A stretch of DNA of 64,000 bases from Candidatus Bathyarchaeota archaeon (lineage in GTDB: Archaea; Thermoproteota; Bathyarchaeia; Bathyarchaeales; Bathycorpusculaceae), in assembly GCA_963833575.1 (NCBI GenBank), contig CAWHXY010000004.1, positions 448,001 through 512,000 on the forward strand. The letters run 5' to 3'. Below, piece by piece: positions 47,201-57,341 of the stretch. The notes under the pieces were generated by a model that saw only the letters and a program-made list of their open reading frames with translations, did not search any database and was not told the origin of the DNA. Made by a program: the position numbers and the translations under genes. Within the stretch, counting starts at the first letter, position 1, and each line of letters starts with the position of its first letter.

Positions 47201-48199
47201 ATGGATAAATTGAAATTTGCCATCCCAAAAGGCTCCCTAGAAAAAGCAACAGCAGAATTCTTCTCTAAATCAGGATTCAAAATCGGCGGTACAGAACGAA
47301 CATACCGCCCAAGCATAAACGACCCTCAAATAGAACTTAAGGTTCTCAGACCCCAAGAAATCCCAGTGTTTGTAAGCGAAGGTTTACAGGACCTAGGCAT
47401 CACTGGCGAGGACTGGGTAAAAGAAAACCGTGCAGACGTTGAGATCCTACAGAACCTTGAATACGGCAAAATACGCCTAGTAATTGCAGTGCCGAAAACC
47501 TGTGAAAACATGACTATGGGTGAGTTCATGGAATCCATCTGGGCTCATGGTAAAAACTTCCGCATCAGCACAGAGTACCTTAACATAGCATCAGAATACA
47601 TCAAAAACACGTCCCAATACAAGAAACGCTTCGGCAGCGCTGAACCAATGCTTGTGACACCGTGGTGGAGAAAAGGTGACAATGCAAGAGCCAAAGTCTT
47701 CCTGTCTTTTGGCGCAACTGAGGCTAAACCGCCGGAAGATTCCGATGCCATAATGGATGTAACCGAGACGGGAACAACAATTGAAGCCAACAACCTCAAA
47801 ATTGTGGACACAGTCTTGAGGTCAGCTGCCATACTTATTGCAAACAAAAAAGCTCTTGAAGACCCGGAGAAAAGAGAAAAAATATACGACATAGTTGCCC
47901 TGCTAAAAGGTGTTGTTGATGGGTCTAAGAGAATTCACATATTCGTTAATGTAAAGAAGGCTAATCTACAGAAGCTTCTGACTGAATTGCCAGCCCTGAA
48001 GAACCCAACGATATCGCCGTTGGCAGATGACACATGGGTTAGCGTGAACACGGTTATTGAGAAAGATTGTCTGATTGAGTTGTTACCGAAAATCCGCAAG
48101 ATAGCCCAAGGCCTAGTCGTTTATGAACCTCGTCAAGTGTTAGCTTTGGATGAGATTGCTACAAGAGTGGAGAAGTCGTGCAAAGGCAAAGCCAAATAA
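47201..48199 (+). CDS. hisG: ATP phosphoribosyltransferase (long form)
   Basis: AIPKGSL, RPQEIP, DLGITGED, GATE, DVTETGTT; C-terminal regulatory domain. Confidence 0.95.
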   Translation: MDKLKFAIPKGSLEKATAEFFSKSGFKIGGTERTYRPSINDPQIELKVLRPQEIPVFVSEGLQDLGITGEDWVKENRADVEILQNLEYGKIRLVIAVPKTCENMTMGEFMESIWAHGKNFRISTEYLNIASEYIKNTSQYKKRFGSAEPMLVTPWWRKGDNARAKVFLSFGATEAKPPEDSDAIMDVTETGTTIEANNLKIVDTVLRSAAILIANKKALEDPEKREKIYDIVALLKGVVDGSKRIHIFVNVKKANLQKLLTELPALKNPTISPLADDTWVSVNTVIEKDCLIELLPKIRKIAQGLVVYEPRQVLALDEIATRVEKSCKGKAK

Positions 48200-49479
48200 A
48201 AGTCTACAAATCAGATGCTCTGCCGCCTGACTGGTTCAAACGGCAGAAAGCAGACGAAAAGGCAGTTCAAGAAGTTGAAAACAACGTTAAAGCCATCATT
48301 AAGCAAGTTAAAGAAAACGGCGATAATGCGCTGGTCGAGTTTGCCCTAAAATTTGATAAAACCGAATTAACCACACGAACCCTCAAAGTCAGGAAAGAAG
48401 AAATCAAGGAAGCCTACAACAAAACCAGCCCTGAACAAGTTTCGGCTTTGAAGTCAATGAAAGAGAAAGTTAGTGTCTTCCAAAAGCAGCAACTTACTCA
48501 AACCGAAGTCATAACCATGAGCGAGGGCGTAACGGTTCAAACTATTCTGCGGGCAATAGACAGCGTGGGCTGCTACGTTCCAGGTGGACAAGCCGCTTAC
48601 CCAAGCACCATAGTTATGACGGCTGTGCCAGCAAAAATCGCAGGCGTCCCTCGAGTTGCCGTTTGTTCACCCTCGGATGCTAAAGGTAAAGTTAACCCGT
48701 TGGTTCTCGTAGCCGCTGACATCTGCGGTGTTGATGAGGTTTACAAGGTGGGTGGAGCCCAAGCCATAGCTGCCCTAGCATATGGAACAAAAAGCATAAA
48801 ACCCGTATGCAAAATTGTGGGTCCCGGCAGCAAATACGTGACAACGGCAAAAGTTTTGGTTTCAAAGGATGTAGCGATCGATATGCCTGCTGGCCCTAGC
48901 GAAGTTCTCGTTTTAGCTGATGAATCAGCTGATGCACGCCTGATAGCTTATGACATGGTTTCACAAGCTGAGCATGGAGGCGACAGCGTATCTGGAGTCA
49001 TAACAACCTCAGAGAACGTTGCCCAAAAAGTTCAAGAAAACCTCACATCGATCACCGCTTCAGCAGAAAGGGGAGAAAAAGTCTCTGAATCACTATCCAA
49101 ATACGGCTTCATAATAGTTTGCAAAAGCATCGATGAAGCGATAAGCTTGGCAAACCAGTTTTCTCCTGAACACTTAGAAGTCATGACTACGAATCCCAAG
49201 GAGATTGCACAGAAACTAACCGCTGGCTTAATCCTGTTGGGTCCATACAGTCCCGTTGCGCTAAGCGATTACGGCAGCGGCACGAACCACGTGTTACCTA
49301 CAGGCGGCTTTGCCCAGTCTTTCTCAGGCTTATCCGTGTTTGACTTTATGCGGCGAGTAAGCATCGTGGAAAGCACAAGAACAGGGTTGGCAAACGTGAA
49401 GGACACAATCAAAGTCCTATCGGAAGCAGAAAACCTTCCAAATCACAACAAAGCTATACAGGCAAGGTTTGAAAAATGA
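48178..49479 (+). CDS. hisD: Histidinol dehydrogenase
   Basis: YVPGG, GGAQAIAALAYG, DMPAGPSE, SQAEH, PEHL, GTNHVLPT. Confidence 0.96.
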   Translation: MQRQSQIKVYKSDALPPDWFKRQKADEKAVQEVENNVKAIIKQVKENGDNALVEFALKFDKTELTTRTLKVRKEEIKEAYNKTSPEQVSALKSMKEKVSVFQKQQLTQTEVITMSEGVTVQTILRAIDSVGCYVPGGQAAYPSTIVMTAVPAKIAGVPRVAVCSPSDAKGKVNPLVLVAADICGVDEVYKVGGAQAIAALAYGTKSIKPVCKIVGPGSKYVTTAKVLVSKDVAIDMPAGPSEVLVLADESADARLIAYDMVSQAEHGGDSVSGVITTSENVAQKVQENLTSITASAERGEKVSESLSKYGFIIVCKSIDEAISLANQFSPEHLEVMTTNPKEIAQKLTAGLILLGPYSPVALSDYGSGTNHVLPTGGFAQSFSGLSVFDFMRRVSIVESTRTGLANVKDTIKVLSEAENLPNHNKAIQARFEK

Positions 49480-50594
49480 GCGCAACATACAAAAAATGGC
49501 TAAACAATAAACTCGTGAAGCTTCAGGCAATAGCTTGCTACACTGCAGGTGCTTCACCTGAAACAGTGGCAAAGCAACTAGGCATCACTACCAAGCAAGT
49601 AGTTAAGCTAAATTTCAACGAAAACTTGTTCTTGCCAAGAGTGAAACAGGCCAAACTGATTAAGGAGTTGGCTGAAGAGATTGATCTGCGACTATACCCT
49701 GAAGATGAAGACATTAAGCTACGGGAGAAGCTTAGCACCTACGTTGGAACGCCTAAAGGCAACATAGTTATTGGAAACGGTAGCGACGAGTTAATTGACC
49801 GAATCGTAAGGCTATTCGTAGAAAAAGGCGAAATTGCCCTTTCATTTTCTCCAACTTTTGCTATACCTCCGCTCTGTGTTAAAAGACAAGAGGGCGAATA
49901 CGTTACCGTACCTCTTCTAAGCAGCCTACAAATTGATGTAAAAGGGCTGCTCTCAAAGTTTTCAGATAAGACAAGGCTGCTCTACATTTGCTCCCCAAAC
50001 AACCCCACTTCAACACAATATAAGATGAAAGATGTTGAAACCTTAGCCAAAGCTTTTCCAGGAATAGTCATCTTGGACGAAGCCTACGGCGAATTTGCAG
50101 ACTACTCATTTGTGCCCCGAATCGATGAATTCCAAAACATGATTATTTTGAGAACCTTCTCGAAAGCGTTCGGTTTAGCAGCTCTTAGACTAGGTTATGC
50201 GGTTGCGAATTCTAAGTTAGCGAAGATTCTGACGGAAAAGGCTCCTTTGCCCTATCCAGTAAGTGCGTTCACCTTGAGAATGGGTTCTAAAATGCTGGAC
50301 CACGTTAGCTTGATGATGGAGTCGGTTAAGCAAGTGAAAAGTGAACGGGGAAAATTGATAAAGACACTGAACGAAATAGATGGCGTGCAAGCTTTTGATT
50401 CACAAGCCAACTTTCTGCTGATTAACACGGAAAAACCCGCTGACGAAGTTAACGAGAAACTGCTCAAACGAGGCATTATGATAAAGAAATGGGGCAAAAT
50501 CCTCCAGTTCAATAACTGCTTCCGAGTAACGGTGGGCTTGCCAGAAATGAATGCTAAACTAATTGAAGCATTAAAACAAATTCAAGAGGAATAA
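49476..50594 (+). CDS. hisC: Histidinol-phosphate aminotransferase
   Basis: NEN, GNGSDELI, SPNNPT, DEAY, RTFSKAFGLAALRLGY. Confidence 0.95.
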   Translation: MSATYKKWLNNKLVKLQAIACYTAGASPETVAKQLGITTKQVVKLNFNENLFLPRVKQAKLIKELAEEIDLRLYPEDEDIKLREKLSTYVGTPKGNIVIGNGSDELIDRIVRLFVEKGEIALSFSPTFAIPPLCVKRQEGEYVTVPLLSSLQIDVKGLLSKFSDKTRLLYICSPNNPTSTQYKMKDVETLAKAFPGIVILDEAYGEFADYSFVPRIDEFQNMIILRTFSKAFGLAALRLGYAVANSKLAKILTEKAPLPYPVSAFTLRMGSKMLDHVSLMMESVKQVKSERGKLIKTLNEIDGVQAFDSQANFLLINTEKPADEVNEKLLKRGIMIKKWGKILQFNNCFRVTVGLPEMNAKLIEALKQIQEE

Positions 50595-50597
50595 AAC

Positions 50598-51173
50598 GTG
50601 AGAACTGAAGAAATTTACCGTAAAACCAAAGAAACCGAAGTCAAAGTGCAAGTGAACCTTGACGGAGAAGGAAAAGCCATCATAGCCACTGGCGTGCCTT
50701 TCCTTGACCACATGCTTACATCCTTAGCCACACACAGCTTAATCGACATCTCAGCCTCGGTCAAAGGCGATTTAGTACACCATATGGTAGAAGACTTAGC
50801 CATAGGCTTAGGCGAAGCATTAACCAAGGCATTGGGCACCCGAGAAGGCATCACACGCTTTGGCAACGCAGCCGCCCCAATGGATTGCTCCCTAGCATTT
50901 GCAGCCGTCGACCTAGTCAAACGCCCTTACTTCAAAATAGACCTAAAACTCAGAGGCAAAAAAGTGGAGAACATGCCAACCGAAGACATCAACCACTTCT
51001 TCGAATCCTTAGCCACATCACTACATGCAAACGTACACATATTCGTCGAATACGGCAGCAACGACCACCACAAAGCAGAAGCAGCAACTAAAGCCCTCGC
51101 GTTATCGCTACGACAAGCCATAGCCGTTGACCCCAGACGCAAAGGGATTCCCAGCTCAAAAGGAGTTATCTAA
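50598..51173 (+). CDS. hisB: Imidazoleglycerol-phosphate dehydratase
   Basis: RKTKET, FLDHML, HHMVED, NDHHKAEA, PSSKG. Confidence 0.96.
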   Translation: MRTEEIYRKTKETEVKVQVNLDGEGKAIIATGVPFLDHMLTSLATHSLIDISASVKGDLVHHMVEDLAIGLGEALTKALGTREGITRFGNAAAPMDCSLAFAAVDLVKRPYFKIDLKLRGKKVENMPTEDINHFFESLATSLHANVHIFVEYGSNDHHKAEAATKALALSLRQAIAVDPRRKGIPSSKGVI

Positions 51174-51175
51174 AG

Positions 51176-51781
51176 TTGGCGAAGGCAGTCATTTTCGATT
51201 ATGGCGTTGGCAACTTGCTAAGCCTAAAAACCGCATTAGAAAAGGCAGGCTTAGACGCATCAATCGGCACTTCAGCAAAAGAACTCGCGACCGCTGACGC
51301 AATAGCTTTACCCGGTGTCGGAGCTTTTACCCCAGCGGCTGAAAAACTGGAATCAATCAAAGACACGCTCGCTAATAAAATTCAAAGCGGAACGCCATTG
51401 CTTGGGATTTGCTTGGGCTTACAGCTTTTCTTTGAGAAAAGCGAAGAGGGACCTGGAAATGGCTTATCACTTTTCAAAGGCAAAAACGTACGTTTACCAA
51501 ACATTGTTAAGGTGCCTCATATGGGATGGAACACATTAAACATCGTTAAAAAAAACGAGCTCTTTGACGGCGTAAAAGAGGGCTCCTACGTTTACTTTGT
51601 TCATTCGCTCTATCCAGTTCCGGTTGACGAAAAAATCGTTTGCGCCAAGACTGAGTATGGCACAACATTCACTTCAGCGATAGCCAGCAAAAACATCTAC
51701 GGAACCCAATTTCACCCAGAAAAATCAGGCGACTTAGGCTTAAAAATCCTCAAAAACTTCGCCAAAGCAGTGGTAAGGTGA
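51176..51781 (+). CDS. hisH: Imidazole glycerol phosphate synthase glutaminase subunit
   Basis: PGVGAF, GICLG, PHMGWN, YFVHS, QFHPEKS. Confidence 0.96.
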   Translation: MAKAVIFDYGVGNLLSLKTALEKAGLDASIGTSAKELATADAIALPGVGAFTPAAEKLESIKDTLANKIQSGTPLLGICLGLQLFFEKSEEGPGNGLSLFKGKNVRLPNIVKVPHMGWNTLNIVKKNELFDGVKEGSYVYFVHSLYPVPVDEKIVCAKTEYGTTFTSAIASKNIYGTQFHPEKSGDLGLKILKNFAKAVVR

Positions 51782-51786
51782 CTTAG

Positions 51787-52512
51787 ATGCAATTGATTCC
51801 AGCTATTGATTTAATGAATGGCAAAATAGTGCGTTTATCCAAAGGCGACCCAACAACTGCTAAAGTTTATGAGGAAAAATTTGGAACTCCGCTGGAAGCT
51901 GCAAAACGGTGGCGGGATGAAGGCGCAGGAAAACTGCACATTATTGATTTAGACGCTGCTTTTGCTTTGGGCAACAATTATTCGGTTATCGCTGGCATTG
52001 TCGAAAATGTCAAATTACCCATTCAAGTTGGCGGCGGAATACGTAACTATGAGACAGCAGAAAAACTCTTCCAATTAGGCATAACCCAAGTAATCCTGGG
52101 TGCCCTAGCATTTAGCGATCCTTCAGCCGTAGGTAAAATCCGAATGAAATTCGGCATTGATTCAGTGATCGTCGCTTTAGACAACAAGGATGGACAGATA
52201 ATGGTTGAGGGCTGGAAAACCGCCACCGCCATGACCGTTGACGATGCACTTGAAAAGTACAGTCAACTCGGCGTGCACCGTTTCTTGATTACGTCTATAG
52301 CTCAGGATGGAACGCTAAGTGGTCCCGATTTGCATACGTTAAGTGCAGCCACGCTATATCCAAATGCCAAAATTATTGCGGCAGGAGGAATCGGTAGCAT
52401 AGGAGATTTGGTGGCACTTCAAGAAATCGGGGTTGAAGGGGCTGTCATTGGGAAAGCTCTTTACGAAGGAAGATTTACCTTGAAAGAAGCAATTAAGAAA
52501 ATAGGAGTTTAA
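51787..52512 (+). CDS. hisA: ProFAR isomerase
   Basis: IPAIDL, LHIIDLD, QVGGGIR, DGTLSG, AGGI. Confidence 0.95.
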   Translation: MQLIPAIDLMNGKIVRLSKGDPTTAKVYEEKFGTPLEAAKRWRDEGAGKLHIIDLDAAFALGNNYSVIAGIVENVKLPIQVGGGIRNYETAEKLFQLGITQVILGALAFSDPSAVGKIRMKFGIDSVIVALDNKDGQIMVEGWKTATAMTVDDALEKYSQLGVHRFLITSIAQDGTLSGPDLHTLSAATLYPNAKIIAAGGIGSIGDLVALQEIGVEGAVIGKALYEGRFTLKEAIKKIGV

Positions 52513-52514
52513 AA

Positions 52515-53318
52515 ATGCCACTTGCAAAACGTATCGTTCCATGCCTCGATGTTGACCACGGAAAAGTTGTCAAATGCATTAACTTTGTGAATCCGAAGTG
52601 TGCAGGCGACCCAGTTGAAATGGCAAAACAATATTCAGACCAAGGCGCTGATGAACTCGTTTTTCTTGACATAACCGCTTCTTCAGAGAAAAGAGATATT
52701 CTACGCGGTGTGGTGGAAGGAGTCGCGAAAGCCATAAGCATACCCTTCACGGTTGGCGGAGGCGTCCGCAACGTATCAGATGCAAGATTGGTTTTGTGCA
52801 GCGGAGCCGACAAAGTTTCAGTTAACACAGCAGCCGTTGAAAACCCCAAAGTGATTACCGAATTAGCCGATGTATTTGGCAGGCAATGTGTGGTTTGCGC
52901 CATTGACGCAAAAAGAAACCGCACGCCAAGCGAAGGCAAAACAATGATTGACACAGCCGAGGGAAAATTGTGGTTTGAAGTTGTAACTTACGGAGGCAGA
53001 AAACCTACAGGAATCGATGCGATAGCGTGGGCACTTCAGAGTGAGAAGCTGGGTGCAGGAGAGTTTCTTGCAACTTCGATGGATAGAGATGGCACAAAAG
53101 ACGGCTACGACATCGAGTTAACACGGGCAATCTCTGAACGCGTAAACGTTCCAATTATCGCAAGCGGCGGTGCAGGAACACCAAAACACCTTCTCGACGT
53201 ATTCACTGAAGGGAAAGCTGATGCGGCGTTGGCAGCTTCAATTTTCCACTATAATCAGTATCCTGTTCCTGTTGTGAAGGATTACCTGCGTAAAGCGGGG
53301 GTGATTATTAGACAATGA
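52515..53318 (+). CDS. hisF: Imidazole glycerol phosphate synthase cyclase subunit
   Basis: [39 protein letters not shown]. Confidence 0.96.
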   Translation: MPLAKRIVPCLDVDHGKVVKCINFVNPKCAGDPVEMAKQYSDQGADELVFLDITASSEKRDILRGVVEGVAKAISIPFTVGGGVRNVSDARLVLCSGADKVSVNTAAVENPKVITELADVFGRQCVVCAIDAKRNRTPSEGKTMIDTAEGKLWFEVVTYGGRKPTGIDAIAWALQSEKLGAGEFLATSMDRDGTKDGYDIELTRAISERVNVPIIASGGAGTPKHLLDVFTEGKADAALAASIFHYNQYPVPVVKDYLRKAGVIIRQ

Positions 53319-53656
53319 CAACAAACGAATTACTCGAAAAGCTTGATTTCAAAAAAGGCAACGGACTCATACCCGTAGTTGTTCAAGACGCAAAAACCAA
53401 AGAAATACTCATGCAAGCATACGCGAACCGAGAAGCCGTGGAGAACACGCTCAAAACGGGCAAAGCAACATATTGGAGCCGCAGCAGAAACGAACTTTGG
53501 ATCAAAGGCGAAACATCGGGGCACACCCAAAAAATCATTTCCGTTTCAACTGACTGCGATTACGACTCACTTCTCTATGTAGTAGAGCAGACAGGACCCG
53601 CATGCCACACAGGTGAATACAGTTGTTTTTTCAATGATTTTATGTTAGGATCTTAA
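53315..53656 (+). CDS. hisI: Phosphoribosyl-AMP cyclohydrolase
   Basis: [26 protein letters not shown]. Confidence 0.95.
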   Translation: MTTNELLEKLDFKKGNGLIPVVVQDAKTKEILMQAYANREAVENTLKTGKATYWSRSRNELWIKGETSGHTQKIISVSTDCDYDSLLYVVEQTGPACHTGEYSCFFNDFMLGS

Positions 53657-53694
53657 GAAAAACTCTTCTAATTTCTTTATCCAATTCGCTCAAG

Positions 53695-53838
53695 TTACTC
53701 GAAAGCTTTCTTGCTTTTAAGAGGCTGCGCGTCGATAACCATTTCGGCGAGAAACTCTCCCCATGTTTTATTCTGTTTCATTAATTCCAAGCATTTTTTA
53801 ACGTCAACTGGAACCGAGATTGTGGCATACTTAACCAA
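53695..53838 (-). pseudogene. VapB-like/RHH antitoxin, possibly truncated
   Basis: Manual translation MVKYATISVPVDVKKCLELMKQNKTWGEFLAEM...; no cognate PIN toxin follows. Confidence 0.5.
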
Positions 53839-53964
53839 ATTTACACAGCCTATAACTAAGAACAACTCTTCGCACGCTCCTAAAATATTTTGTTAAACTA
53901 TTGAATAAAGTAGCATTTGAGTTCAGAAAAAGCTTAAGTCTGCGCGGTTCTTTAATAAAGAAGC

Positions 53965-54291
53965 ATGGAAATTCAAATTCAAAAGTTGCCAAAAGTGTTG
54001 AGAAAGAAGGGTGTAGAAGAAAAGTTAGCTAAAATTTGTGAGAAAAATGATATTGCTTTTTTGGCAGTTTTTGGATCTTTTGTTAGAGGCGAACAGAATA
54101 GTAAAAGTGATATTGATATTGCAATAGAGTTTGATAAGACCAAAAGAAAAAGTCTTTTAGATCTTCTTCGGTTTGAAGAAGAATTAAGCAAAGTGTTCAA
54201 GAGAAAAGTAGATCTTGGAGTTTTCAGCAGCTTAAGCCCTTACATCGCAGAAGACGTAAAGAAAGAGATGCTTGTCATCTATGAAAAATGA
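53965..54291 (+). CDS. MNT minimal nucleotidyltransferase antitoxin
   Basis: FGSFVRGE..SDIDI, RKVDL. Confidence 0.92.
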   Translation: MEIQIQKLPKVLRKKGVEEKLAKICEKNDIAFLAVFGSFVRGEQNSKSDIDIAIEFDKTKRKSLLDLLRFEEELSKVFKRKVDLGVFSSLSPYIAEDVKKEMLVIYEK

Positions 54292-54628
54292 TAAGATCTA
54301 TCTAAAGCACATTTTAGATGTAATTTCTGACGTTGAGCAGTTTATTCAAGGAGTATCTGAAGAAGAGTTTTTTGGGAACAGAGAGAAACAGTACGCTGTT
54401 TTACGTGCTCTTGAAATAATTGGTGAGGCAACTAAGAATTTGAGCAGCGAACTAAAAGCAAAAAACCCTGATACCGATTGGAAGAATATCGCTGGAATGC
54501 GGGACAAACTTATTCACGCTTATTTTGGTGTGAATCTGCCTTTAGTCTGGGAGACCACCAAAAATGATCTGCCTAAGCTTAAGAAAGTAACACAAAAAAA
54601 GCTTGAAGAACTCAACAAAATTTTGTAG
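54281..54628 (+). CDS. HEPN (DUF86) ribonuclease toxin
   Basis: LEIIGEA and RDKLIHAY (RX4HXY); overlaps the MNT gene. Confidence 0.92.
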   Translation: MKNDKIYLKHILDVISDVEQFIQGVSEEEFFGNREKQYAVLRALEIIGEATKNLSSELKAKNPDTDWKNIAGMRDKLIHAYFGVNLPLVWETTKNDLPKLKKVTQKKLEELNKIL

Positions 54629-54695
54629 CAAACTCTTGTAGTTAATCCTTTTAACAAAGCACTCTTTCTATTATTTTGAGGATTGTGGAGAAAAT

Positions 54696-55751
54696 ATGTC
54701 ACTTCATGAAGCTATGCTTTATGAAAAGCAAGAAGAAAATAAAGTAAAATGCTGCTTATGTGCCAGACGATGCCTAATCAATGATGATGGGCAAGGGTTT
54801 TGTTTGGTGCGGAAAAATCAAGGCGGGGTGCTTTACTCGCTTAATTATGGTAAGGCTGTGTCGGCGGGCGTTGACCCGATTAGCAAGAAGCCTCTTTCAC
54901 ATTTTAATCCTGGTGCGTTGGTTATGTCTGTGGCGGCGGCTGGCTGTAACTTTCGCTGTCAATTCTGTGACAACTGGATGATTAGCCAAGATAAAGAAAT
55001 CGCTGGCAGACCTTTTTCTCCGGAAGAAGCTGTTAGATCGGCTAAGGCCAGTGATTGTCAAGGAATAAGCTACACCTACACTGAACCGACCATTTTTATG
55101 GAGTACGCTTATGATACTGCTAAGCTTGCTCATGAGGCTGGTTTGTTTAACACTTTTGTTACCAATGGCTACATGACTCCTGAGGCTGTGAGAACGATTG
55201 CGCCGTATTTGGATGCGGCGACAGTTGATTTCAAAGGCGGCGGCGACCCTGACTTCTACAAATCCAGTATGTCTGTGCCAAGCGTTGAACCCATTTATGA
55301 ATCACTAAAAGAACTCAAGTTACACGATGTGCATATTGAAATTACCAATTTGATTGTGCCGAAAACCGGCGATTCCTTGGATAGAATTCGTGCAATGGCA
55401 AAATGGATCAAAAATTACCTTGGAGCAGACACACCGTTTCACCTGTTGCGTTTTCATCCTGAATACAAAATGACAACCATACCAGCAACAAGTGTGAAGG
55501 AGATGGAGCAAGCATTGTTAGTGGCTAAGAACCAGGGCTTAAACTACGTTTACATGGGCAATGTGTCAGGACACGCAGCAGAAAACACCTATTGCCCCAA
55601 ATGCGACACAGCCGTCATAAAACGCAACAACTTCGACATCACACAGTGGAACCTCACAAGCGACATGAAATGCCCCGTCTGCGGAAACCAAATCCCAATA
55701 AAAGGCAAACTATGGCAATCTAACCTGCGATTTCCATACTCGCTATTTTAG
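54696..55751 (+). CDS. amrS: AmmeMemoRadiSam system radical SAM enzyme
   Basis: N-terminal C..C...C...C, DPISKKPL, CNFRCQFC, YTYTEP, RFHP, C-terminal CPKC..CPVC. Confidence 0.88.
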   Translation: MSLHEAMLYEKQEENKVKCCLCARRCLINDDGQGFCLVRKNQGGVLYSLNYGKAVSAGVDPISKKPLSHFNPGALVMSVAAAGCNFRCQFCDNWMISQDKEIAGRPFSPEEAVRSAKASDCQGISYTYTEPTIFMEYAYDTAKLAHEAGLFNTFVTNGYMTPEAVRTIAPYLDAATVDFKGGGDPDFYKSSMSVPSVEPIYESLKELKLHDVHIEITNLIVPKTGDSLDRIRAMAKWIKNYLGADTPFHLLRFHPEYKMTTIPATSVKEMEQALLVAKNQGLNYVYMGNVSGHAAENTYCPKCDTAVIKRNNFDITQWNLTSDMKCPVCGNQIPIKGKLWQSNLRFPYSLF

Positions 55752-55993
55752 ACGCAATTTTTTCTTTTGTGTTTTGGGTTGCTTTTCTGATTTAAGGCTT
55801 GAACCAGTTGCAGGTCGATACATTTTTTGACATAATTTGACATAAATTGACACGATTTGACATAATTTGACACTTTGAATTCTTGCGAATTTGAAAAGCT
55901 TGTTTCCAACTGCTTTTTTGAATCAAAGCTTAAATCATCTGCAAATAGGGACATTATTAGACAAAATTAGACAATGTGGTCAACTCAAAAACA
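55751..55993 (-). repeat. Two tandem phased-array + tail modules, inverted copy of the 36.6-kb element
   Basis: TTGACA at 55827, 55837, 55847, 55857, 55867; GACA at 55950, 55960, 55970; flanks align with 36610-36800 on the opposite strand. Confidence 0.85.
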
Positions 55994-56055
55994 TGGAGAC
56001 ATCATCAGCATCCCCTTTTTTTGTTTGTGGAAGGTTCTGGCTGAGAAGGCTGACA

Positions 56056-56337
56056 TCATTTAATGAAGTAAAAATACACTAAAAGGAAGCCTTGAATGAT
56101 TAGAAAAATTGGAACTATCATGAATTTGATTTTACGTATTTTGTGCCTAAAAAGCAGCATCCCAGCATAAGCACCAAACGGTCCAAAAAAAGCAATCAAC
56201 AAAAGCCTTGATTCAGGAACCCTCCAACCCCCCTTTTTGCTCCTCAACTTGTCCACTCCAAAGATTGCTAAAGAGACAAAATTTACAATTACTAGGAAAA
56301 TCCACAGCAGCAAAAATTGAATCATATTAATCACCAA
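56056..56337 (-). CDS. DUF1294 family membrane protein
   Basis: FGVDK..S...WRVPESRL...GM..FRHK. Confidence 0.88.
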   Translation of the reverse strand: MVINMIQFLLLWIFLVIVNFVSLAIFGVDKLRSKKGGWRVPESRLLLIAFFGPFGAYAGMLLFRHKIRKIKFMIVPIFLIIQGFLLVYFYFIK

Positions 56338-56399
56338 TTATCTCGTAACGGAGGTCAAATGAACCGTAATCAAGAAGGCAAGCTAACAGTGGTTTTTGC

Positions 56400-57143
56400 T
56401 CAAACTATCCATCCAGTTGATTGATTTCTCTTAATCACAACTGTTCCCAGTAAAGTTGCTACAAGAATAAAGATGATTAGCAGAATTAAGGTTGGAAACT
56501 CTGGAACAGTAGGCGTTAATGAAGTAGAGCTGGAACTTGCTGGAATTGTTATTGTTTGGATGTTGCTCCAACCGCTTTCTCTAACAGATGCAAAGGGATG
56601 GCCCATTAGCACAAGCCCATTGTAGAGTGGATATTCATAACCTGCATTTGCTTCAACTTGAAAGTCCTCTTGCCCGCCCTCTGGAACATAAAAAGTTGAA
56701 CCCATAATTAGGGTTACGACAGTATAATCTGAAGTTGACGCGAAGACTTCTGTAATAGAATAACCATTAGTCGAAACTGGAGTCCAATCAGCAAAATGTC
56801 CCTTTGTACGTACGCTATAATAGAGTTGGATGACTGTGCCGTTTGGTAAAGTGGTAGAGGTGTATGGCTCATTTTTGATTTTAATGTCGATTGTTTTGTT
56901 CTCCACATATTGACCGCCACTTGTGTGCGTAACCGGTTGCCCTGTAAAGGGGTCAGTTGTTTGGGTTGTAGTTATTGGAGCTTTGTAGGAGCGGTCGACA
57001 TAACTTACAGTAAATTGAGGTACTGACGGTGTAGGTATTGATTGAGCGTTTGCAGGTTTTACCAAAATACTAAGGCTTGAGACTGTCATTATTAGAATCA
57101 GGATTAATGTCAAGCTCTTGCTGATGCTGCCCATGCTTAACAT
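56400..57143 (-). CDS. Secreted Thr-rich protein with PEF-CTERM-like sorting signal
   Basis: Signal peptide; C-terminal PTVPEFP + TM + KR. Confidence 0.75.
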   Translation of the reverse strand: MLSMGSISKSLTLILILIMTVSSLSILVKPANAQSIPTPSVPQFTVSYVDRSYKAPITTTQTTDPFTGQPVTHTSGGQYVENKTIDIKIKNEPYTSTTLPNGTVIQLYYSVRTKGHFADWTPVSTNGYSITEVFASTSDYTVVTLIMGSTFYVPEGGQEDFQVEANAGYEYPLYNGLVLMGHPFASVRESGWSNIQTITIPASSSSTSLTPTVPEFPTLILLIIFILVATLLGTVVIKRNQSTGWIV

Positions 57144-57341
57144 TAAGAAACTAAAAGCGATAAAAGGCTATTCGTAAAAGTTCCTTTACTAATTTTAGTC
57201 AAATTTTCTTGACTTAACAGGCTTCTTCCGCTAACTCTTTTTAATCGAACCCGTAGTTCATTTGGTTTGCTAAACAGTGGTGAATTTCGAAATTAGTCTT
57301 ATTAAGGCTGAGCAGAACTGCATTATGAAAGTGTCTAGCTG

